Notes under the pieces: model-generated | Seen by the model: the letters and a program-made list of their open reading frames with translations, nothing else | Databases searched by the model: none | Told to the model about the DNA's origin: nothing | Translations under genes and position numbers: made by a program | Shown here: positions 1 to 7,488 of the stretch, piece after piece | How the letters are laid out: the number at the start of each line of letters is the position of its first letter | How positions within the stretch are numbered: the first letter of the stretch is position 1 | Virus record (IMG/VR): IMGVR_UViG_3300022858_001422 | DNA length: 64,000 bases | Direction: 5' to 3' (one strand) | Source: an uncultured virus (IMG/VR IMGVR_UViG_3300022858_001422) | Taxonomy: Duplodnaviria; Heunggongvirae; Uroviricota; Caudoviricetes

Positions 1-899
1 ATAAAAATATTGTAGAGTTCCGTGATTATGCGGAAGCCAATGGAACCGCATATTATCAGCTTGATGTACATGTATACGACCTGTTGCAGACGTTGTTTTA
101 CATCGAATTTGCAACGCTCGATAGTCAGTTGATTGCACGTGGTTTTGTTGATGGACGTTACTCAAGCTCTGATTTGGCAACTGTCACGGAGAGCGGAACC
201 AACCGGGTTATCGTCGCTAACGCAACCGCAGCCTATTACGATGTTGGGCAAACAATCAGTGTCGGTACGTCACAGGGTGGCAATCAGATTTTTTACGGGC
301 GCACGATTACATCGATTGATGTGTATGATGGCTCAAACATGGCGATTAGTTTTGACGGGGCGGTTGCAAATATCGTCGCTGGAAATTATTTATATAACAC
401 CGGTCAGATTTCGGGCTGGTCAAGTGTTCTCGGCGCTACCAGCGGTAGGCCAACCGGAACAGATGGGAAACAGAGTTGTTGCTATCGCGGGATTGAAAAT
501 CCGTGGGGGAGCCTTTGGCAGTTCGTTGACGGCGTGAATATCAACGATAATCAGGCGTGGATTTGTAATGACTTTGCAAACTACGCCAGTAATCTGTTTG
601 CGAGTCCTTATGAACAATTGGGTTATGTAAACGAAAACACAAATGGATATGCTGTTGACATGGGACATGATGCTGACCATCCAGGCGTAAGTTTACCGAT
701 AAGTGCGACCGGCGGAGACTATAATAAATTTTATTGTGATTATTATTATCGGGCTGCTGGTCAGCGAATTGCCTTTGTCGGCGGGCGCTGGAGTTACGGG
801 TCGGATACTGGTTTGTCGGGCTGGTTCTTGCACTACTCGTCGTCGATTGCGAACCTCTATATCGGTGGGCGGCTTATCAAAAAAGGAGCAACAGCATGA
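1..899 (+). CDS. DGR target protein 1 (5'-partial), C-type-lectin-like C-terminus, putative receptor-binding/tail protein
   Basis: Frame is open from position 3 (KNIVEFRDYA...), so the gene starts before the window. Colinear paralog of 2925-4277 at a constant offset of 3384 nt. YRGIENPWGSLWQFVDG resembles the CLec/FGE-type motif. Ends in VR1. Confidence 0.85.
   Translation, partial: KNIVEFRDYAEANGTAYYQLDVHVYDLLQTLFYIEFATLDSQLIARGFVDGRYSSSDLATVTESGTNRVIVANATAAYYDVGQTISVGTSQGGNQIFYGRTITSIDVYDGSNMAISFDGAVANIVAGNYLYNTGQISGWSSVLGATSGRPTGTDGKQSCCYRGIENPWGSLWQFVDGVNINDNQAWICNDFANYASNLFASPYEQLGYVNENTNGYAVDMGHDADHPGVSLPISATGGDYNKFYCDYYYRAAGQRIAFVGGRWSYGSDTGLSGWFLHYSSSIANLYIGGRLIKKGATA
769..872 (+). 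repeat. DGR variable repeat VR1
   Basis: Ungapped alignment to TR 4340-4443: 18 mismatches by manual count, 17 at TR adenines. Confidence 0.93.
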
Positions 900-1525
900 A
901 AATAATTAATGAAGCAGTGCCAGAGTTCAATCAGTTTGCTGAATTTATTACCGAGAAATCACCAGAGATTGTCGAGAAAGATGTCCTGGTCGGCAACGAA
1001 AAAAAACGTGTGCCGCTGAGTAGTTTTGCAGACAGTAACGCAGAATCAATGCAAACAATTTTGACGGCCTATCAGGAAGATGACACGCTGATAACGGTTG
1101 TGCTTGACGATACCGAAGTCGAATTGCTCAAAGAAAAATATCACGATGATGTGGTGGCTTATGCCACGCAGAGCAAAACGGCAATTGATGTGATTGCGAA
1201 GCTGAAAGAAATCGTGTCAAAGCCAGTCTGGAAAGTGGGCGTAAAGGTCAAAATCGGCGAGGTGTATTTATATTCAGAAGATAAAAACTTGTATGAAGTG
1301 GTGCAAGCGCACGCTACGCAATCAGACTGGACACCCGACATCACAAAGGCGCTGTTCAAGAAATATTATGAAGCGCAAGGTGAATTCCCTGAGTGGGTAC
1401 AGCCGACAGGCGGACACGATGCCTACAACAAGGGCGATCAGGTGAGTTACAAAGATGCTCACTGGGAAACAACGATTGATGCCAACGTGTGGGCGCCTGG
1501 TGTGTATGGGTGGGTGAAAATCTAG
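896..1525 (+). CDS. Protein with C-terminal Trp-rich CBM5/12 (chitin-binding-like) modules; paralog of 5660-6490
   Basis: WVQPTGGHDAYNKGDQVSYKDAHWETTIDANVWAPGVYGW. ATGA overlap with target 1. Confidence 0.65.
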   Translation: MKIINEAVPEFNQFAEFITEKSPEIVEKDVLVGNEKKRVPLSSFADSNAESMQTILTAYQEDDTLITVVLDDTEVELLKEKYHDDVVAYATQSKTAIDVIAKLKEIVSKPVWKVGVKVKIGEVYLYSEDKNLYEVVQAHATQSDWTPDITKALFKKYYEAQGEFPEWVQPTGGHDAYNKGDQVSYKDAHWETTIDANVWAPGVYGWVKI

Positions 1526-1599
1526 TAAGTATAATGTTCATTATAAGCACTAATTTTAGTTTAAAAAGTTTATTATAGATATATAGAAAGGAGTGATAA

Positions 1600-2430
1600 A
1601 TGAGCTATACGAAATATATTTACGTCTATTCAACTGATACAGACGGAAGGCTTGCTAATTACACCAAAGACCCAACTATTACTGTGGCGAATGGTCGTAC
1701 TAATGCCATTATTGATCCTTCTAATTATAGTTGGGCAGTTACGGCCTTTGATGGATGTTACAAATTATATTTTACAGACTATCCGACTAAAACAGAATTC
1801 TTGATTCAGATTGTTCCTCATATTGATGATCAATCTGATTTCAAAGATGTTATAATTCGTATTGGTATGGAGAATTTTGAAATTGATGATATTGTTGAAG
1901 ATACTGAAACAACACTACCTGCAACACTTGCAGATATTAGAAGTGCAATAGATAGCGGAGCAATTACAACAGAAGATATTTGGACTTATCTTTATAGAAC
2001 ATTGACTCCTTCAAGTGTGCAAACTGCGTCAGAACCGATTATAAGCACAGTTCCAGTAGAATTGTACACTTATTCTAGCAATACGATAACTGTAACATGT
2101 ATTGATGCTGATGAAATTTGGTACACAATAAAATCTTCAGCAGGACAAACTGATGATCAAGCCATGCTTCAGGTAAGCAAGACCGGAAGTCTTTTGAGAC
2201 TAGATGGGAAAAGTCCATCTGCTTTTGGATTAGATTCGTCTTATGCAACTTTGACACATTCTGGCAGTTCTATTAATGTGTTTATCAGTGGTAGTGCTGC
2301 GCCCAGATTGAATGGTGCTGGTAATAAAGACTTTACAGGCGAGGTTAAGAGACGTATGAATACCGGAGCGATGCCAATTGTGTCGCAACACCCGATAACA
2401 TTAAAAGGTGGTCTTACAAGATCAATGTGA
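1600..2430 (+). CDS. Hypothetical protein, probably virion structural
   Basis: 276-aa ORF with AAGGAG RBS; Thr/Ser-rich; in the + strand structural arm. Confidence 0.55.
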   Translation: MSYTKYIYVYSTDTDGRLANYTKDPTITVANGRTNAIIDPSNYSWAVTAFDGCYKLYFTDYPTKTEFLIQIVPHIDDQSDFKDVIIRIGMENFEIDDIVEDTETTLPATLADIRSAIDSGAITTEDIWTYLYRTLTPSSVQTASEPIISTVPVELYTYSSNTITVTCIDADEIWYTIKSSAGQTDDQAMLQVSKTGSLLRLDGKSPSAFGLDSSYATLTHSGSSINVFISGSAAPRLNGAGNKDFTGEVKRRMNTGAMPIVSQHPITLKGGLTRSM

Positions 2431-2561
2431 AAAATTAAACATAATGATTGATTAGTCATTATGACTTAGAAAACAGCATAAAATTCGCATTTTATGAGTT
2501 TTAAGACAAAACAGGTCATAAACCTCATAATTTGCCTTATTTTGCGAAAAGGAGCATAAAA

Positions 2562-2912
2562 ATGGCTTTGAGAGATGTAATTACGGGGAGTTTCGTGATT
2601 GGGCAGTCCCAAACGAATTCCATATTAATGAACGAAAACACACTTGTTGGTGTAATTGTAACCGGAAGTTATTTGACAGCTTCAGAAATAACTTTTTTAG
2701 TTTCAGATGATAATACAACTTTTTATCCAATGTATGATTCTTCTAGTGCAGAACTTAGTATTACAACTGGTTCTTATGCCAGAGGATATAGTCTTGATGC
2801 AGAATCGTTTTTCGCATGGGATTATATTAAAGCGCGTCAAGGAAATAGTGCTTCACCTGTAAATCAAATTACAAAAAACATAGATATGAAATTTATAACA
2901 AAACGATTATAA
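2562..2912 (+). CDS. Hypothetical small beta-rich protein
   Basis: AGGAG RBS precedes MALRDVITG. Sequence looks beta-rich and unlike the helical Avd. Confidence 0.55.
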   Translation: MALRDVITGSFVIGQSQTNSILMNENTLVGVIVTGSYLTASEITFLVSDDNTTFYPMYDSSSAELSITTGSYARGYSLDAESFFAWDYIKARQGNSASPVNQITKNIDMKFITKRL

Positions 2913-2924
2913 GGTAGGTGGAAT

Positions 2925-4277
2925 ATGCGTAGAACAAAAAGAATGACACTAATGTTTAGAAATAAATCTAAAGGGTCGCCTATTGGAGAAAACAAAATCT
3001 ATGGTGTGTCATGGGATAAAGCGAGCAATCCAACCTTAACTCGCACCGATGATTCCGTTGGATTTACAGCGGTGGCTGGAGTCGGCGCTTATACAGTTAC
3101 GAATGATTTCGACAGCGCAGAGGTGTATAAAGACATCAGCACTGTGACTGATGATTATGGAAACGTGTTCCGCCGCATCCCAAAATGTTACATCAAGAAA
3201 ACCAACTCTCCGTGGGTGCGGGCGGTCAGCCGTTATCAGCACAGCGGTTATTATCTCCCAAAGTGTTTCTGGGATTTTGTCAATGGCGTTGAATTGGATT
3301 ATATTGACGTTGGTGCATACAACGCCAGTCTGTCGGATGACGGCACAAAGCTGGAGAGCAAGAGTGGAAAATCTCCGCTAGTCAATAAAAATATTGTAGA
3401 GTTCCGTGATTATGCGGAAGCCAATGGAACCGCATATTATCAGCTTGATGTACATGTATACGACCTGTTGCAGACGTTGTTTTACATCGAATTTGCAACG
3501 CTCGGTAGTCAGTCGATTGCACGTGGTTTTGTTGATGGACGTTACTCAAGCTCTGATTTGGCAACTGTCACGGAGAGCGGAACCAACCGGGTTATCGTCT
3601 CAAACGCAACCGCAGCCTATTACGAGGTTGGACAGACTGTCAGCACAGGAACGAGCCAGGGTGGTAATCAGGTATTTTATGGACGCACGATTACCAGCAT
3701 TGACGTGCATGATGCCTCAAACAAGGCGATTAGTTTCGATGGGGCAGCGGTAAATATCACCACCGGCAACTACCTTTACAACACAGGACAAATTAGCGGC
3801 TGGTCAAGTGTTTTGGGCGCCACCAGCGGTAGGCCAACCGGAACAGATGGCAAACAAAGTTTCTCTTATCGGGGAATTGAAAATCCGTGGGGGAGTGTGT
3901 GGCAGTTCATTGACGGCGTGAATATCAACGATAATCAGGCGTGGGTTTGTGATAACCCCACAGACTATGCCTCTAATCTATTCGCCAGTCCTTATGAACA
4001 GTTGAGCTATGTCAATCACAACGTGAACGGTTATTTTGTTGAGGCGGGACATGATGCTGACCATCCAGACGTAAGTTTACCGATAAGTGTGACCGGCGGA
4101 GACTATAATAAATATTATTGTGATTATTATTATCGGGCTGCTGGTCAGCGAATTGCCGTTGTCGGCGGGGACTGGGGTTCCGGGTCGTTTGCTGGTTTGT
4201 CGTCCTGGCACTTGCACGGCTCGGCGTCGTATGCGTTCATCTATTTCGGTGGGCGGCTTCTTAAAGCCGCTCTTTAG
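2925..4277 (+). CDS. DGR target protein 2, C-type-lectin-like, putative receptor-binding/tail protein
   Basis: 450 aa; YRGIENPWGSVWQFIDG motif; 3' end contains VR2; lies directly upstream of TR and RT. Confidence 0.88.
   Translation: MRRTKRMTLMFRNKSKGSPIGENKIYGVSWDKASNPTLTRTDDSVGFTAVAGVGAYTVTNDFDSAEVYKDISTVTDDYGNVFRRIPKCYIKKTNSPWVRAVSRYQHSGYYLPKCFWDFVNGVELDYIDVGAYNASLSDDGTKLESKSGKSPLVNKNIVEFRDYAEANGTAYYQLDVHVYDLLQTLFYIEFATLGSQSIARGFVDGRYSSSDLATVTESGTNRVIVSNATAAYYEVGQTVSTGTSQGGNQVFYGRTITSIDVHDASNKAISFDGAAVNITTGNYLYNTGQISGWSSVLGATSGRPTGTDGKQSFSYRGIENPWGSVWQFIDGVNINDNQAWVCDNPTDYASNLFASPYEQLSYVNHNVNGYFVEAGHDADHPDVSLPISVTGGDYNKYYCDYYYRAAGQRIAVVGGDWGSGSFAGLSSWHLHGSASYAFIYFGGRLLKAAL
4153..4256 (+). 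repeat. DGR variable repeat VR2
   Basis: Ungapped alignment to TR: 22 mismatches by manual count, 21 at TR adenines. Confidence 0.95.
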
Positions 4278-4282
4278 GGGGT

Positions 4283-4300
4283 TTGGGGGTCCCCCCCCAA
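4283..4300 (+). promoter_or_regulatory. G/C hairpin downstream of VR2 (candidate DGR target-recognition hairpin)
   Basis: TTGGGGG-TCCC-CCCCCAA: 7-bp stem, 4-nt loop, just after the target 2 stop. Position resembles the hairpin 3' of IMH in Bordetella phage BPP-1. Confidence 0.6.
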
Positions 4301-4339
4301 GGTTTGGAGTGTAAATTGACAGGGTTATAAGATGCGCGC

Positions 4340-4443
4340 TTGCCATTGTCGGCGGGAACTGGAATAACAGGTCGAATGCTGGTTTGTCGAACTGGAACTT
4401 GAACAACTCGTCGTCGAATGCGAACATCAATATCGGTGGGCAG
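4340..4443 (+). ncRNA. DGR template repeat (TR)
   Basis: Non-coding, with 11 AAY codons in the VR frame. Differs from VR1/VR2 almost only at adenines. Followed by a spacer with hairpin TCACC-GCTT-GGTGA, then the RT. Confidence 0.95.
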
Positions 4444-4570
4444 ACTCTTATTAGAATAAAAACATTGTATTGCATTTTATAATCCTCACCGCTTGGTGAA
4501 AATTAGGCCGTAAAGAGCATGGTTTAGTAGGAGTATCTCGAAAACCCATGAGGCTAATAAGAAGGAAAAC

Positions 4571-5638
4571 ATGAAAAGAGTCGGATATATTTATGAAAAA
4601 ATTTATGAATATGAGAATGTGAAACTTGCAGTTATGAAAGCGTCGCTTGGAAAACGAAGCAGGAACTATGTCAAAAAGAGATTGCAGTATTTAGATAAAA
4701 CAATTTCTGATATACAGGCGATGCTAAAAAACCAGACGTATGTTCCATCGCCGTATGAAATTAAAAAAATATTAGATGGAGCGAGCCAGAAGGAAAGAAT
4801 AATTTATAAACCGAGATTTTATCCAGACCAAATTATTCATTGGGCATTGATATTGCAAATTCAAGATATAATTTTAAAAGGCATGTATAAATACACTTGT
4901 GGAAGTGTTCCAGGAAGAGGAACAAGCTATGGCCAAAAAATTATTCGTAAATGGCTTGATAAAGATTATAAAAATACAAAATATTGTTTTAAGGCAGACA
5001 TAACCAAGTTTTATCCATCTATAAATATCAACATATTAAAGAATATGTTTTATAAAAAAATTAAAGATAAAAATTGCATATGGCTAATAAACAAAATATT
5101 GGATAGTGCCGATGATGGTTTACCGATTGGTAATTATACAAGCCAATGGTTTTCTAATTTTTTTCTGCAAGATTTAGATCATTATATAAAAGAAGTTCTT
5201 AATGTTAAATATTATATAAGATATGTTGATGATATTGTTATTTTGGGAGGAAATAAAAAAGAGTTGCACAAAGTAAAACTAAAGATTGAAGAATATCTTT
5301 ATATAATTGATTTGAAAATAAAAAACAATTGGCAAGTATTTCCAATAAAAAGTAGAGACATTGATTTTTTAGGTTTAAGATTTTATCGGCATAAAACAAC
5401 GTTGAGAAAAAGAAATTCTTTGCGGATAAGAAGAAGATTAAACAAGATTTATAAAAAAGATTTTCTCAATTATAAAGATGCCTGCGCTATTGTTTCTTAC
5501 TGGGGATGGATAAAAAGAACGGATAGCTATATTTTTTATAATGAAAAAATAAAGCAAAAAGTGAGTTTAAAGTTAGCAAAAGAAAGGATAAAAAAACATG
5601 CAAAAAATAATTTCTCAAAAATTTTTGAAAAATTTTAA
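4571..5638 (+). CDS. DGR reverse transcriptase
   Basis: GLPIGNYTSQWFSN (IGxxxSQ, DGR-type), YIRYVDD and KADITKFYPSI; 355 aa with no maturase/endonuclease domain; adjacent to TR. Confidence 0.95.
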   Translation: MKRVGYIYEKIYEYENVKLAVMKASLGKRSRNYVKKRLQYLDKTISDIQAMLKNQTYVPSPYEIKKILDGASQKERIIYKPRFYPDQIIHWALILQIQDIILKGMYKYTCGSVPGRGTSYGQKIIRKWLDKDYKNTKYCFKADITKFYPSININILKNMFYKKIKDKNCIWLINKILDSADDGLPIGNYTSQWFSNFFLQDLDHYIKEVLNVKYYIRYVDDIVILGGNKKELHKVKLKIEEYLYIIDLKIKNNWQVFPIKSRDIDFLGLRFYRHKTTLRKRNSLRIRRRLNKIYKKDFLNYKDACAIVSYWGWIKRTDSYIFYNEKIKQKVSLKLAKERIKKHAKNNFSKIFEKF

Positions 5639-5659
5639 ATTGAAATACGAGGTGACTTA

Positions 5660-6490
5660 ATGGTTGTTTTTGCGCCTATTCCTCAATTTGGTCAACTGGT
5701 CGAATATATAACTCAAGGAATACTTATCAATGATATTATTACGGTTATTATCAATCGGGTTAGCATGGAAGATATATTCACGTCTGACGAGAAAGGCGAT
5801 AATAGTTTTCTGAAACCGCTGGTACTCAATGCACTCAAATCAGATTATGCTAAAGTCTCACAGTTGCGAAATATTTCCAATTTAGAAGAGGTTGAAACAG
5901 ATGTGATGAAGTCAGTAGTCGGGAAAAGTTATCACACTGATGTAGTCGCTTTATCTGCGACTGTATCTAGCCCTGTCGAGTTGGTCGATATGCTTTCAGA
6001 CATAGTATCAAAGCCAATTTGGAACACTGAATTGGTCGTCAAAATAGGTGAAGTCTACTTATACACACCTGATAAAAACTTATATGAGGTGATTCAGTCG
6101 CATACCACACAATCAGATTGGACACCGACAATCGCGAAATCATTGTTCAAACGGTATTACGAACCGAGCGATGATCCGTGGGCATGGGTACAACCCACTG
6201 GAGCGCATGATGCCTATCCTGCCGGAGCGAAAGTTTTGTACAATGGTTTCACATGGGAGAATACCATTGCTGCTAACGTGTGGGTTCCTGGTGTAGTAGG
6301 GTGGACGAATCTAACACCGCCAGAAGAACCAGAAGTATCACCGTGGAAACAACCAATTGGCGCGTCAGACGCTTATAATATCGGTGATAGGTGTACGTTT
6401 AATGGGCATCTATGGGAGAGTAAAATAAATACGAACGTCTGGTCTCCATCGGCTTACCCTGCGGGATGGAAAGATTTGGGAATATTATAA
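5660..6490 (+). CDS. Protein with CBM5/12-like Trp-rich modules; paralog of 896-1525 with one extra module
   Basis: Shares IVSKPxW...VKIGEVYLY..DKNLYEV.Q.H.TQSDWTP and WVQPTG.HDAY with 896-1525. Extra WKQPIGASDAYNIGDRCTFNGHLW repeat. Confidence 0.65.
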   Translation: MVVFAPIPQFGQLVEYITQGILINDIITVIINRVSMEDIFTSDEKGDNSFLKPLVLNALKSDYAKVSQLRNISNLEEVETDVMKSVVGKSYHTDVVALSATVSSPVELVDMLSDIVSKPIWNTELVVKIGEVYLYTPDKNLYEVIQSHTTQSDWTPTIAKSLFKRYYEPSDDPWAWVQPTGAHDAYPAGAKVLYNGFTWENTIAANVWVPGVVGWTNLTPPEEPEVSPWKQPIGASDAYNIGDRCTFNGHLWESKINTNVWSPSAYPAGWKDLGIL

Positions 6491-6520
6491 GCGGTAAAAA
6501 CATAATAAAATGCTTCTTTT

Positions 6521-6787
6521 GTCGACGACTATTGGAATTTAATCCAGTGGTTTGTGAAAGCAAACCCTGTCGACCAGCTTGAGTCCTCAGAGGGCTACGT
6601 TATCAGGAGAGTTAAAGAACGCACGTTGGAGTGACCGAGCCAGCCCCAACCTCTGCAACCGGAAAATTAAACATCGAATAAGGGTCTAAAGTAGACGTGT
6701 TTTCCGGAAGTGCTGACTGATAACATTGGCGAGGCTAACTTTACCGCCTTAAAAGGCGAGATTACAGTAAACCAAAAAAGGTATATT
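6521..6787 (+). ncRNA. IscB-associated omega RNA (HEARO-like) scaffold
   Basis: GTCGAC...hairpin...GTCGACCAGCTTGAGTC...GGCTACGTT...AACATTGGCGAGGC...TTTACC matches the HEARO/omegaRNA pattern as recalled. Directly precedes an IscB N-terminus. Confidence 0.8.
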
Positions 6788-7009
6788 ATGCAAAGAGTAT
6801 TTGTTTTAGATAAAAATAGACAAGCGTTAACTCCTTGTCATCCTGCAGGATCATACGATGCTGTAAATATGGATGGTGGTGGCACGTCTACAATGGCGAT
6901 GTCTACCAATTTACGACCAATGATTATCAACAATCCTTGCAACTGGATTACACCGCCTTTCTTTGAAAGAAGTGGCGGAAATCATTTAGGTATTGGACTC
7001 AAAGATTAA
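6788..7009 (+). pseudogene. iscB: Truncated IscB N-terminus (PLMP region) fused in frame to a phosphodiester-glycosidase (NAGPA-like) C-terminal fragment
   Basis: MQRVFVLDKNRQALTPCHPA (6788-6847) resembles the IscB VFVLDKxxxPLMPCHPA start. The rest, DAVNMDGGGTSTM...NNP...ER...NHLGI, resembles the NAGPA family. Confidence 0.75.
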
Positions 7010-7012
7010 AAG

Positions 7013-7044
7013 AATAACCCCTAGAAAACTAGGGGTTATTTTTT
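7013..7044. terminator. Intrinsic terminator (probably bidirectional) between converging arms
   Basis: AATAACCCCTAG-AAAA-CTAGGGGTTATT plus T-run, at the +/- strand switch. Confidence 0.85.
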
Positions 7045-7054
7045 GCCTTTTTAG

Positions 7055-7477
7055 TTATTTGATTCCTGTGCTACCATGCCCTCCTCGATTGATTGGTGAA
7101 AGTTCAGATTCAATAAATGTAATGTTGGGTTGAATTTGTTGAATTCTAAATTGACAAATTCGATCACCTTTTTTAATTTTTGCAATTCGTAAAGCATAGG
7201 CTGGAAAAAACCACTGGTCTTCTGAACCGGAGTATGCAAAATCTACAACCCCCATGTGATTTGTTTGGATAATTCCAAAGTTTTTAAAAGTGCTACTACG
7301 AGGAACGATATGTGCTTCAAATCCCTTCGGCAACTGCATAGCTACTCCGAGCGGAATAAGTGCAAATTCACGATATTTCATTTCAATATCAATATTGCTT
7401 CTCAAATCGATCCAATTTCCCTGTGAAAACTGTTCAAGTGGTTGTGCGCCTTCAAAATATTTAATTTTGATCTTCAT
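7055..7477 (-). CDS. dut: dUTP diphosphatase (trimeric)
   Basis: [24 protein letters not shown] and RGGHGSTG motifs; likely start MKIKIK. Confidence 0.92.
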   Translation of the reverse strand: MKIKIKYFEGAQPLEQFSQGNWIDLRSNIDIEMKYREFALIPLGVAMQLPKGFEAHIVPRSSTFKNFGIIQTNHMGVVDFAYSGSEDQWFFPAYALRIAKIKKGDRICQFRIQQIQPNITFIESELSPINRGGHGSTGIK

Positions 7478-7488
7478 TTTTTTTCCTT

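Noticed and set aside
4077..4475. Antisense and alternative-frame ORFs over VR2/TR, and other short ORFs opposite long genes
   Set aside because: Shadow frames of well-supported genes or repeats.
4571..5638. RT as a group II intron or retron RT
   Set aside because: No maturase/endonuclease domain or retron VTG motif; the adjacent TR with adenine-specific VR mismatches identifies a DGR.
6710..6787. N-terminal extension of the 6710-7009 ORF
   Set aside because: Lies within the omegaRNA scaffold; IscB similarity begins at ATG 6788.
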